Source: Fibrobacter sp. UBA4375
Lineage (GTDB): Bacteria; Fibrobacterota; Fibrobacteria; Fibrobacterales; Fibrobacteraceae
Reading direction: 5' to 3'
NCBI GenBank assembly: GCA_002391195.1
Contig: DGRZ01000078.1
Span: forward strand, 16,681 to 80,680
Length of the DNA: 64,000 bases
Shown: positions 27,425 through 36,547 of the stretch, piece after piece
Layout: every line of letters starts with the position of its first letter
Position numbering within the stretch: the first letter of the stretch is position 1
Notes under the pieces: model-generated
The model's input: the letters and a program-made list of their open reading frames with translations, nothing else
Told to the model about the DNA's origin: nothing
Databases searched by the model: none
Program-made: the position numbers and the translations under genes

Positions 27425-29182
27425 ATGGCAAAGTTTCTCGATTATCAAGGATTGACCCAGTTCTGGGCGAAGGTCAAGACGTGGGTCTACACCGCGGTCA
27501 CGACCAATTCCCCGAGCAAGTCCAAGACCGTCACCGGGATGCAGGACGGCAAGGTCACCTACGGCGACATCGGCATTGATGCGTCCCAGGTGGAGACCGG
27601 CACGATTCCCATCACCCGTGGCGGCACTGGGTCAGGGACTGCAGCTGGGGCGCGTAGCAACCTCGACGTGTATTCCAAGTCCGAGACCGAGTCGCTGGTA
27701 GCAGGGCGTATCGTCATAGTGCAGACGCTCCCGGCGACAGGCCAGGCTGGCGTCATCTACTACGTCGGCCCGAGCGGCAGCGGCGACGACCAGTACGAGG
27801 AATACATCTGGGACAAGGACGACGCACAGTTCCACAAGGTCGGCGAGAAGTCGCTGGACCTCTCCGAGTACGTCAATGACCTCGTGACTAGCGGCACTGG
27901 CGACTACGTCATCAGCGTGACCAAGAGCGGGCAGCAGATCATCGTCCAGAAAGGGAGCCTCCCTTCCGCTTCCACATCGCAGAAGGGCATCGTCCAGCTC
28001 GCTGGCAGCATCGGGGCGACCGTAGCCTCCGAGAACAACAAGGCGGCCACCGAGAAGGCGGTCAGGGATGCTATCAACGCCCTGGACTCCAACAAGACGA
28101 GTACCGACGGCACCAACGTCCAGGTCAAGGTCACTGTCACCGACGGCAAGGTCACAGCGGTCAACATCACCACGGACAACACCGAGAACAAGAACAACAA
28201 GGTCAATGCGTGGAGCGCGACCACGACAGATGCCCACTACCCGAGCGAGAAACTCGTGAAGACGTCCTTGGACGGCAAGGCAGACAAGGTCAATGGCGCC
28301 ACAGTAGGGAACTTTGCCACGTTCGACTCGAACGGGAACATCGCTGACGCAGGGAAGAGCGAAAGCAGCCTCTCTGTCCTCGAAGCGACCAAGCTCAAGA
28401 CGGCCCGCAGCATCGACGGCGTGTCGTTCGACGGGTCCGCCAACGTCCATCACTTTGGATCGTGCGCCACTGCAGCGGCGACGGCAGCAAAGACGGTCAC
28501 TCTCGACGACTCCATGGCGTTCACCCTTGAGAAGGGTGCGTCCGTGTTCGTCAAGTTCCAGTACGCAAACGGGGTCGCCAGCCCCACCCTGAACGTCAAC
28601 GGTACGGGTGCCAAGAACATCTACCGCTATGGCACCACCGCGCCTAGCACCACCGCGAAGACTTCGTGGCAGGCAGGATCCGTCGTCCACCTCGTCTATG
28701 ACGGTACGTATTGGCAGATGGTCGGCTGGCTCAATGACGACACTACGTACTCAAACGCCTCGCTAGGCCAAGGCTACGGCACCTGCTCTACCGCAGAAGC
28801 GACTGCCGCGAAGGTGGTCACGCTCTCGAGCTACACGCTCGTCACGGGCGGCATCGTTGCGGTCAAGTTCACCTACGGCCTCTGCGCGTCCGCGACAATG
28901 AACATCAACTCCAAGGGCGCGAAGAACATCTTCATCCATGGGGCTGCCGCTACCTCGACCACGTGCAAGGAGGTCAAGGCTGGGGACATCGCGTACTTCA
29001 TCTACGACGGCACCCAGTACCAGTTCCTCGGGACCGACCGCATGGAGAAGGGCGCAGTCGAGGGGTTCTCCGACACTGGCACTGCTGGGATCGACGCTAA
29101 GGTCCAGTACGAGAAGGGCGACGGCACCAAAGGCGACCTGATGGTGGCGATAACCGACGCGGAAATCAACGCATTGACTTGA
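27425..29182 (+). CDS. Tail fibre protein
   Basis: GGTG..TAA.AR.NL, AS.SQKGIVQL, ATKLKTARSIDGVSFDGSAN motifs; duplicated C-terminal knob (..VKF...T.N.N..GAKNI...YDGT). Confidence 0.88.
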   Translation: MAKFLDYQGLTQFWAKVKTWVYTAVTTNSPSKSKTVTGMQDGKVTYGDIGIDASQVETGTIPITRGGTGSGTAAGARSNLDVYSKSETESLVAGRIVIVQTLPATGQAGVIYYVGPSGSGDDQYEEYIWDKDDAQFHKVGEKSLDLSEYVNDLVTSGTGDYVISVTKSGQQIIVQKGSLPSASTSQKGIVQLAGSIGATVASENNKAATEKAVRDAINALDSNKTSTDGTNVQVKVTVTDGKVTAVNITTDNTENKNNKVNAWSATTTDAHYPSEKLVKTSLDGKADKVNGATVGNFATFDSNGNIADAGKSESSLSVLEATKLKTARSIDGVSFDGSANVHHFGSCATAAATAAKTVTLDDSMAFTLEKGASVFVKFQYANGVASPTLNVNGTGAKNIYRYGTTAPSTTAKTSWQAGSVVHLVYDGTYWQMVGWLNDDTTYSNASLGQGYGTCSTAEATAAKVVTLSSYTLVTGGIVAVKFTYGLCASATMNINSKGAKNIFIHGAAATSTTCKEVKAGDIAYFIYDGTQYQFLGTDRMEKGAVEGFSDTGTAGIDAKVQYEKGDGTKGDLMVAITDAEINALT

Positions 29183-29198
29183 TGGGGAGTGTAGGGCG

Positions 29199-31358
29199 AT
29201 GAGCAGCAAGTTTCTTGACAAGACCGGGCTGGACACGCTGTGGGCTAAGATAAAGTCCACGTTCCAGACGTTGGGCAACCTGGTGACGACATCGACTGGA
29301 TGGGGCAGCACGCCCTCCGACACCAAGTACCCGAGCGAGAAGCTGGTCAAGACAAGCCTCGATGCGAAAGCGACCGATAGTGCAGTTCTTCATAAGGCCG
29401 GACTTGAAACAGTATCGGGTCAAAAATGGTTCGAGGGTGGCTTTTGCGTATTCAATAAATCGAATGTAGGATATGGGCATTATACATTGCCTGAAACTGG
29501 TAAAGGAGCCGACTACAATAATTGGCCTGAAGAATATAAGGACGGCGCTCATTTCCGTGAGTGGCGCTTGTCATTCAACACTGGTATCAATTTTTGGGGC
29601 AAGTTGCGAATAACGATTGTAACTTCGTATTCGTCGTTTAATGCGTCTGGTAGCATACAGAAAACTATCAACTGCGCCTTCAATACGGTGAATGTTTTTA
29701 ATAATACTGGATACTACAATGACCTTGGAATAAACTCGGAAAAAGAATTCAGAATCAGTGACCTTATATGGAACAACACGACTGCGTGTTGGGAAATCAA
29801 GATTCACTCTATAAAACCAACATCAAACAATACCGTTCCTGTATTGTTGATTGAGTTTTGGACTTATTCGACAACAAATAGAGACTCTGCCCTTGGCATT
29901 CATTGGGTTTCTACCACTCCAGACATAGTAACCGATACTACTTACTACACCAAACGTTATGGCAACGCTTCTACGACACCTGGAACTGGCGGCGTGCAGT
30001 TTAATTGGGCTGACACGCCTGTACAACAGTCTCCGTACGGGGATGAGATTTTCAACCGGAGCCATACCATACCCGTCGGCAACGGCGGCACAGGCAAGAC
30101 TACGGCTAAAGCTGCACAGAATACACTTCTTGGTGGAATGAACAGCGTCTCTTCTGATGCTCCAGCTGACGCGAGCCTTGTTTTTAAATACGCAAGCCCA
30201 ACTGACGCCGATGGTGCGGTATTTACCAGACCTTTATCAAAAATATGGACATGGATAAAGAACCAAATCTCCTCCGTCCTGGGCCTCACTGAAACGTCCT
30301 ACGGCGGCAACGCTGCCACGGCCACGACGGCTGCTGGCTACACCAGCGGAGGGGCCATCGATACGGCCCTGAAAGGCAAGCAAGACGGCCTTGGCATATC
30401 CTCCAGCGGAGACTCTGGCAAGTTCTTAAACCAGAAGGGCCAGTGGGCGGCACCATCAGGAACGGAACAGGTGAATGCGGACTGGGATGCAACTAGCGGA
30501 AAGGCTGAAATCTTGCACAAGCCGCAGAACCTGGTGCAGGACGCCAGCTACGTCCACACGGACAACAACTACACCACAACGGACAAAAACAAGGTGGCCT
30601 CCGCCGTACAGCCGGGCAACCTCGGCACCGCCGCCTACAAGAACGTGCCGACTAGTGGCGACGCAAGCACGACGCAGGTGGTCTTGGGGAGCGACTCCAG
30701 GCTTACGCGTTCCGTCTGGTCAGGTGGCAGCACTGCAGTTTGCGGGTATAAAATATGCACCACATCACAGATTGTCGGGAGATCTGGGCAAACATCCAAT
30801 ATATACGCCATCGTGATGGGTTCAATGTGCTTGACAAACAAATACGCAGCGCAACCACATGGCTCCGATTCATCTGGCGTTAATGGAGCCTTGGCAATGG
30901 GCTCATTCATGATATGGTGTGAAGGCAAACCAGACGGTACACTTACCGCGCGTGCGAGATTATTCTCCTCCGATGCCGCCTTGAACAATGCTGACATTGC
31001 GCTTTGCAAAAAATATGTAAACGGCGCCGTCGAGTGGTTTGTGGCCTTCGGCCCGTGGACCAGTCCTAATGCAGTGACTACTTCCAGGGCATTCGGGATG
31101 TCCGTCTGCTTCGACTACGTCCAGAATGTCAATATTCCAGACACGCTTGAGGCCGTACCGAGCGGCTACGGATATGAGGATTACTACTTGCTGTGGAAGC
31201 ACCCCTATCTTCAGGCCACGGAGCAAGGGGCCGGATCAAAAACTATACCAGTCTACGTCACTGCCAATGGTGAAGTTAAGAAGTGCAAGAAGCTAGTGCA
31301 GGCGGTCACGAACATAGACACATCCACCATGGACCCCGATGTCCTTTACGTGATGTAG
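29199..31358 (+). CDS. Tail fibre protein
   Basis: YPSEKLVK, PVGNGGTGKTT, GNAATAT, VNADWDATSGKAEILHKP, HTDNNYT fibre motifs. Confidence 0.85.
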   Translation: MSSKFLDKTGLDTLWAKIKSTFQTLGNLVTTSTGWGSTPSDTKYPSEKLVKTSLDAKATDSAVLHKAGLETVSGQKWFEGGFCVFNKSNVGYGHYTLPETGKGADYNNWPEEYKDGAHFREWRLSFNTGINFWGKLRITIVTSYSSFNASGSIQKTINCAFNTVNVFNNTGYYNDLGINSEKEFRISDLIWNNTTACWEIKIHSIKPTSNNTVPVLLIEFWTYSTTNRDSALGIHWVSTTPDIVTDTTYYTKRYGNASTTPGTGGVQFNWADTPVQQSPYGDEIFNRSHTIPVGNGGTGKTTAKAAQNTLLGGMNSVSSDAPADASLVFKYASPTDADGAVFTRPLSKIWTWIKNQISSVLGLTETSYGGNAATATTAAGYTSGGAIDTALKGKQDGLGISSSGDSGKFLNQKGQWAAPSGTEQVNADWDATSGKAEILHKPQNLVQDASYVHTDNNYTTTDKNKVASAVQPGNLGTAAYKNVPTSGDASTTQVVLGSDSRLTRSVWSGGSTAVCGYKICTTSQIVGRSGQTSNIYAIVMGSMCLTNKYAAQPHGSDSSGVNGALAMGSFMIWCEGKPDGTLTARARLFSSDAALNNADIALCKKYVNGAVEWFVAFGPWTSPNAVTTSRAFGMSVCFDYVQNVNIPDTLEAVPSGYGYEDYYLLWKHPYLQATEQGAGSKTIPVYVTANGEVKKCKKLVQAVTNIDTSTMDPDVLYVM

Positions 31359-31369
31359 GAGGTGGCGGC

Positions 31370-32122
31370 ATGGCTTATGCAATACAACACACCGATCCTA
31401 CTACTGGAGTGACAAAAGATCACTACACCCTTTCGCTTCGCAAGTATTCCAGCTACGTCAAGGTGCCGCAGCTCTTTTTTGGAAATAAGCCGATACTGCA
31501 AAGTGCCCGGCCTCTCGCAAATTCCCCCAAAGTTTCCGGGACAAAGTGGTGCTGTTTTTGTGCCGACCCGACAAAAGCCATAGCGCAGCACAATATTGAC
31601 GACTACGCATTGGGAGGCAGTAATGGTGACTTGCGTATCATCGCAGGGCTCACGAACTACAAAAAGACCGACAAGGGCAGCGGCCTCACGGTTTCCGTGA
31701 AGGGGATAAGGAACAACAGCGGAACGGTCTATTCGCAGGCTTGGAGCGAAGCCTCGCTGCGTATAACTAGGACCTCGATTTCGACCAATTACCTCAATGT
31801 GTTCACATGGGCGGCTTTTGCTGGAGCTTGTACCGGAGTTAGCGATAACTTTGCCTGGTGGACAAACGATGCCGATACGGTCAACGTCCAGAGCTCCGGA
31901 TCATATCCATATAGAGAGTCGTATGTGTTTGATACATCTACAAATGTCGACGGCATAACGTGGAGAATAGTCCACCGTTGGGGAACCATCAAGAAAGCGA
32001 CCAGCGGGACTTATCTGTACGTGGCTGCACCGTGGGGACTTATTCGTTCTTCGACGGCTCCCTCAGTTACGGGCTGGGGCATAATTCTTGAGCCGACGAA
32101 CAGCAACCCTTACCCGGTATAG
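31370..32122 (+). CDS. Putative fibre tip/receptor-binding protein
   Basis: GGAGG RBS; beta-rich and Trp-rich; follows the fibre genes. Confidence 0.55.
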   Translation: MAYAIQHTDPTTGVTKDHYTLSLRKYSSYVKVPQLFFGNKPILQSARPLANSPKVSGTKWCCFCADPTKAIAQHNIDDYALGGSNGDLRIIAGLTNYKKTDKGSGLTVSVKGIRNNSGTVYSQAWSEASLRITRTSISTNYLNVFTWAAFAGACTGVSDNFAWWTNDADTVNVQSSGSYPYRESYVFDTSTNVDGITWRIVHRWGTIKKATSGTYLYVAAPWGLIRSSTAPSVTGWGIILEPTNSNPYPV

Positions 32123-32146
32123 AATTTTATAACAAGGAGATAAATC

Positions 32147-32215
32147 ATGGCAGAGAACGTAACAACGCTACTGGAGAAGTGGCAGAAACAGAAGCACTTT
32201 AAAACAATTGATTGA
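32147..32215 (+). pseudogene. 22-codon ORF, probably a truncated gene at the cassette junction
   Basis: AAGGAG RBS, MAENVTTLLEKWQKQKHFKTID*. Confidence 0.35.
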
Positions 32216-32229
32216 TAAAGGAGGAAAAA

Positions 32230-33300
32230 ATGAAAAGGATATCTACCGCTACGGCTGTTCAAAATCGATTTGTTGACGGAAACAAATCAACTGGTCAGAA
32301 AGCAACTCAGTTTAGTGCTGAGTGGTGTAATCAAATTCAAGAAGAAATTGCTGGTCTTCTTGAATCTAATGGGGTTACGTTGGGCGCTTCGGAAAACCAA
32401 CTTGTTGCTTTATTTTCAAAAGTTTTTGCAGGTGGGTTTAACTCCATCCATATGTCGAAAGACGGCAGCACCATGGATGCTGACGGAGAGAAGCTCATCG
32501 TCACAAAGTCTACGCAGGGAGGCAACTACACGTCCAAGCTAGACAAGGACGGGATGATTGTAGGGTTCTCTACAATCGGCTATATCCGGTACGGACTCCG
32601 TAAGATTGAGTTCCTTGCCGCCGACGGTACGACCAAGGTAGGGGAGTTTTCCCTTGACAATGGCAAGTTCAAGTTCGATAAATCCGTCGACGTGACCGGG
32701 GATGTTGGTGCAAGCGGAAAGGTCGTATCTAGAGGAAAGGAGGTCAACTCCTACGGCGATACACTCCCGGCCGGAGGTAGCTACTTCAAGATTACCGACA
32801 GCGAGATTACGCTTGCAGACGCTCCCGGCCAGTTCGGAAGTGCGGTGTTCAGAATATCCCTCAACGACGCACGAGCCGCCTTCAACGTCGTTGGAATCGG
32901 TATCCTGGAAGCTAGCAAGGTATCTGCTTCAGAGTATGCCGTCGGTTCGGAATGGAAAATCGGACTGAACGGCGGTCTCGCATTCAAAAAAGTGTCGGGC
33001 GGCAGCGAGTCTACGGTGGCAAGGTTCGTTGGCAACGACTTTGAAATGCTTAATGGATACATCCGAGGAAAGAACACGATACTTGCCACCTCGAACGTAG
33101 ACCTGACATCGTCCGCATATTCTTCTATCGCACTCGGAACCGAGCTCACGGTTGTCAACAACAGTTCGGCAACGATATCCGTGAAGTTTGCTTCTGATTT
33201 TACAGCCGAGAATATCGATGCCAGCTCTGCAAGAAAGTACGTCAAGAAGACAAGCGGATTCGCCAGGCTGATCGCACTTGACCCGACTGCAACGCACTAA
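32230..33300 (+). CDS. Tail fibre with Mu gp49(S)-like baseplate anchor
   Basis: MKRI..ATA...RFVDGN..TG..AT...AEWCN.IQEEI N-terminus. Confidence 0.88.
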   Translation: MKRISTATAVQNRFVDGNKSTGQKATQFSAEWCNQIQEEIAGLLESNGVTLGASENQLVALFSKVFAGGFNSIHMSKDGSTMDADGEKLIVTKSTQGGNYTSKLDKDGMIVGFSTIGYIRYGLRKIEFLAADGTTKVGEFSLDNGKFKFDKSVDVTGDVGASGKVVSRGKEVNSYGDTLPAGGSYFKITDSEITLADAPGQFGSAVFRISLNDARAAFNVVGIGILEASKVSASEYAVGSEWKIGLNGGLAFKKVSGGSESTVARFVGNDFEMLNGYIRGKNTILATSNVDLTSSAYSSIALGTELTVVNNSSATISVKFASDFTAENIDASSARKYVKKTSGFARLIALDPTATH

Positions 33301-33310
33301 AGGATATGCA

Positions 33311-33607
33311 ATGACCGACTTCATTTCCATACTGACGACCAACGCTCCCTCTTGGGGGGTTACCCTAACCATTATCATTGCGTTGCTTGTCGTCGCAGTG
33401 GTGCTTCTTAACCGTGACAACCGCAGACAGGACGCCGAAATCGAGAAGATGAAGGCAAACATCGAAGAGCGCTTCAAAAAAATCGAAGCAGACAAGAAAG
33501 AGGCCGAGCGTGTCTTGGACTCCAAGCTCGACCAGATTTTCGATAAGGTCAACTCGATGGCGGCTGACGTTGCCGTGCTGAAGGACCGGGACGAGAGACA
33601 GAAATGA
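33311..33607 (+). CDS. Putative holin-like protein (1 TM plus coiled coil)
   Basis: Single hydrophobic helix then a charged coiled coil; first gene of the lysis block. Confidence 0.5.
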   Translation: MTDFISILTTNAPSWGVTLTIIIALLVVAVVLLNRDNRRQDAEIEKMKANIEERFKKIEADKKEAERVLDSKLDQIFDKVNSMAADVAVLKDRDERQK

Positions 33608-34080
33608 TCGCCTGCTACGACATGCGTATCAACCGTGGCGCCGAGTACCTGTACGGAATCAACGGCACCCGCAAGGGCGACAGCCGATACATGCTGGACG
33701 GCGTGGTGGACTACCACGTGTTCTTCGACGACGGGGTGCTCCACGTGCGCACGGAGCCGTCCTTCGTGTTCGACGGCAGGAGCGGCCCCCGCCTGATCGA
33801 CTGGTACGCACCTAACCTCGGCAGCCTCAACGAGCGCTTCGGCTGGCACATGCACGACGCGCTGGGCTACGGGCAAAGCCTGGACTTCTGGCACACGAAT
33901 CGGGCGCTCCGGCTCTACCTGCGTGACATGTGCCTCTACCGACCCTCCAAGGCGTGGGTGATAGAGAGGGCCGTGTCCATCGACAGGAAGTGGTACGGGG
34001 AGCCCAAGGAGGGTGACTGGTGCCGTATGAACCTGGGCAAGGTCACGACGGAATGGACGCCGAGGTCAAAAGCAGCGTAA
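33604..34080 (+). CDS. DUF1353-like protein
   Basis: FVFDGRSGPR and HMHDAL motifs. Confidence 0.6.
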   Translation: MIACYDMRINRGAEYLYGINGTRKGDSRYMLDGVVDYHVFFDDGVLHVRTEPSFVFDGRSGPRLIDWYAPNLGSLNERFGWHMHDALGYGQSLDFWHTNRALRLYLRDMCLYRPSKAWVIERAVSIDRKWYGEPKEGDWCRMNLGKVTTEWTPRSKAA

Positions 34081-34124
34081 AAAAGGATTAACATGACTAT
34101 TCTTAAATGTGTGGAGGAATGTAG

Positions 34125-34505
34125 GTGCTGATATTGATTCGATGTCGTTATAGTGAAGACGGCAAGGGCGTTTTTGGTGAGCTTTTTTTGTGCGGAAAGC
34201 ATATTTGTTGGACTTTGGAAAATGCTTCAAAGAAAATTCCTTCTGGGGTTTATCTGGTTCAAAATTCAAAAAGTCCAAAATTTAAGCGCGAGCTTCCTCT
34301 TTTGTACAATAAAAAAGTTCCTGCGTCGCGTGGGATTCGTATACATGTTGGCAACAATGCTGTAAAAGATTCACAAGGTTGCGTTCTTGTGGGTATGATG
34401 TGCAATGACAACGAACTGCAAGAATCAAAGTTGGCTGAAACTATGGTCACAATGCTTTGCCGCAACATTGAAAAACTTGCCATTGTCGATGCGACTGTGG
34501 ACTAA
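34125..34505 (+). CDS. DUF5675-family putative endolysin
   Basis: G.LF....ICWTLE...IP.G.Y...R.GIRIH.GN...DS.GC.LVG. Confidence 0.8.
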   Translation: MLILIRCRYSEDGKGVFGELFLCGKHICWTLENASKKIPSGVYLVQNSKSPKFKRELPLLYNKKVPASRGIRIHVGNNAVKDSQGCVLVGMMCNDNELQESKLAETMVTMLCRNIEKLAIVDATVD

Positions 34506-34601
34506 ATTTGTAACAATTGTCCGGAAATGGTGAATCCGCGGCCGTAAAGGCTGTCGCAAAAACCGTTCCTGGCATGGTTTAGATGGTGCTTGATCTGATT
34601 C

Positions 34602-34637
34602 AGACGGCTGGCAGAAATGCTGGCCGTCTTTTTTTTT
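34602..34637. terminator. Intrinsic terminator at the end of the late operon
   Basis: AGACGGCTGGCA-GAAA-TGCTGGCCGTCT followed by a T tract. Confidence 0.88.
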
Positions 34638-35694
34638 ATAAAAATGGGATGGAGTCTACGGCCTTCTTTTTCCCTTCGTCAAGAACTTTGGCGTAAATCT
34701 GGGTTGTTTGGACTGATTTATGTCCCAGCAGTTTGCTTATTGTATATAGGTCTGCTCCGTTTTCTAATGCGAGGGTGGCAAAAGTGTCTCTCGACATATG
34801 GAAGTGGACGTTCTTGTCTATTCCTGCTTCGGCCGCCCAAGCTTTTAATCCTCTGTTCATTGTGTTTGAAGTGCTTATGTGATGAAAAACTATTCCTTTC
34901 TTTTTTGTTTCCGGAAGAAATCTTTTGGCGTTTTTAGATAGGGGTACTCTGACAATTTCTTTGGTCTTTTTCATTCTTAAAACGATTGTATCTCTGGAAA
35001 TGTCCTCCCATTTTAAAGCTTTAACGTCCGAAAATCTAAGTCCGGTAAAGCAGCAAAACATGAAAGGGGCCTTAATGTTTTCTGGGGCGTCGGTTTCGTC
35101 CATTGCTCGTAGTTCGTTGATTGTGAGAAACTGAATGTCCGTATTTTGCTTTTGGGGCATTATTCCGTAAAAATCGGGCATTTGAGGTATCATTCCGTCT
35201 ATAAATGCGTCGTGAAGCCTTGCTTTGAGTAACTTGCCATACAACCTGACGGTGTTAACGGACAACCCTTTCCTCGCAAGGAAATCGATATATTGTCTAA
35301 AAAAGTCGCGGCCAATTTCTGCTAAAGTGACGTTTTTCTTGAAATTTTCAAGAGTTTTAAGCATTCCTTCGTTGTTTTGTCTTGAGTTGATGACTTTAAT
35401 ATCGTTCACCCTTTTCTTCATGTAGTCAAGAGCAAATATTGACGTTGATTTTCTGGGTTTTGAAATGTTCAATTCTCCGGAATCCAACTCGCGAATTCTT
35501 CGGTTTTTGATTTCGGTGGCCAGACGAATGGTTTCGCTATTTTTTATCTTGTCTGCGGAAGTCTTCACGGGCACCAGGTATAGTTTGAGGAATTCGCGGA
35601 TTCGTTTTCCGCCGATCCGGTAGTCGAGGTGCAAGGAAAAACCGCCGCCTTTGCAGGGCCTTTGGTTGATGTGAACTTTCTCTTTTATTTTCAT
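34636..35694 (-). CDS. int: Tyrosine recombinase/integrase
   Basis: FCCFTGLRFSD, K.KT, HMSR, LLGH, TQIYA catalytic motifs; N-terminal arm-binding SL.LDY...GKR.RE.LKLYL. Confidence 0.95.
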   Translation of the reverse strand: MKIKEKVHINQRPCKGGGFSLHLDYRIGGKRIREFLKLYLVPVKTSADKIKNSETIRLATEIKNRRIRELDSGELNISKPRKSTSIFALDYMKKRVNDIKVINSRQNNEGMLKTLENFKKNVTLAEIGRDFFRQYIDFLARKGLSVNTVRLYGKLLKARLHDAFIDGMIPQMPDFYGIMPQKQNTDIQFLTINELRAMDETDAPENIKAPFMFCCFTGLRFSDVKALKWEDISRDTIVLRMKKTKEIVRVPLSKNAKRFLPETKKKGIVFHHISTSNTMNRGLKAWAAEAGIDKNVHFHMSRDTFATLALENGADLYTISKLLGHKSVQTTQIYAKVLDEGKKKAVDSIPFL

Positions 35695-35699
35695 ATTTG

Positions 35700-35718
35700 A
35701 GTGACCAAAAAGTGACCA
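35700..35718. repeat. Direct repeat AGTGACCA x2, putative integrase arm-type sites
   Basis: Copies at 35700 and 35711 (11-bp spacing) between int start and prophage end. Confidence 0.5.
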
Positions 35719-35777
35719 TTTTGTGAAAATTATAGAAAATGCACGAAAGTGATGAAAACTAAAAAATGTTGAAATTA

Positions 35778-35814
35778 AACAAAAAAGCGGGTTTTTGCAA
35801 ACCCGCTTTCTGTT
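35778..35814 (-). terminator. rpsD terminator
   Basis: AAAGCGGGTTT-..-AAACCCGCTTT hairpin with a U tract on the minus strand. Confidence 0.85.
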
Positions 35815-35830
35815 ATTTTCGCTTTCTCGC

Positions 35831-36436
35831 TTACCTGGAGTAGTATTCCACCACCAGCTGTTCTTCGAGCTGGACGGGAATCTGGTCGCGGAGGGGGAGC
35901 TTCACCAGGGTGCCTTCCATCTTGCCGGCATCAACGGAAAGGTATTCCGGAGCGGCAGGAGCGTTGGCGATAGCTTCCTTGATCTGCACGTGTTCCTTGG
36001 AACGTTCGCGCACGGCGATCACGTCGCCGGCCTTGACCAGGCGGCTGGGGGAGAAGCTACGGACGCCGTTCACGGAGAAGTGACCGTGGGCCACATACTG
36101 ACGGGCGGCGAAAATGGTGCGGGCAAAACCCATGCGATAGACGAGAGCGTCAAGGCGGGTTTCCAGAAGAATCATCAGGTTGTCACCGGCAGAACCTTCG
36201 CGACGGTTGGCTTCTTTGTAAGCCTTGGCCAACTGGGCTTCGGAAATGTTGTAGGTGAAACGGAGACGCTGCTTTTCCACCAACTGCTGCTTGTACACAG
36301 AAGCAGACTTCTTGCGGTTCTGACCATGCTGGCCAGGAGCGAAGTTACGGCGGTCAAGGGCCTTTTGAGTTTTCTGGGAGACGGCAACGCCGAGAGAGCG
36401 TGCGACTTTACCTTTAGGTCCGCGGAAGGACGACAT
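35831..36436 (-). CDS. rpsD: 30S ribosomal protein S4
   Basis: PGQHG, Y..QL.EKQ, LETRLD..VYR.GFA.T...ARQ.V.HGH, VVEYYSR. Confidence 0.99.
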   Translation of the reverse strand: MSSFRGPKGKVARSLGVAVSQKTQKALDRRNFAPGQHGQNRKKSASVYKQQLVEKQRLRFTYNISEAQLAKAYKEANRREGSAGDNLMILLETRLDALVYRMGFARTIFAARQYVAHGHFSVNGVRSFSPSRLVKAGDVIAVRERSKEHVQIKEAIANAPAAPEYLSVDAGKMEGTLVKLPLRDQIPVQLEEQLVVEYYSR

Positions 36437-36547
36437 ATTGTACCTCGTAAGGAAGCTCTTTGGTTATGCTTGCAAATTGGCAGAGCTTGGCGCGACTTGC
36501 AAGAGTGAGCCCCAATAATAGAATTTTGGGGCTTTAATTTCAAGGGC

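Larger units (their letters stand above)
1..35780. mobile_element. Temperate prophage (lambda-like head, Mu-like contractile tail); left boundary outside window
   Basis: Contiguous replication, repressor, terminase, portal, capsid, sheath, baseplate, fibre, lysis and integrase genes, ending at the rpsD terminator where host genes begin. Confidence 0.95.

Noticed and set aside
26943-33300. Invertible or DGR-driven fibre switching
   Set aside because: All fibre genes are on one strand; no invertase, inverted crossover sites, RT or template repeat seen
34520-34602. c-di-GMP-I riboswitch (GCAAA motif)
   Set aside because: Lacks the GGCAAAC...GAAA...GACGCAAAG arrangement and has no downstream same-strand gene
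34636-35694. Integrase inactivation suggested by RDTF instead of RHTF
   Set aside because: The catalytic R, K, HxxR, H and Y residues are all present; the changed residue follows the HxxR motif
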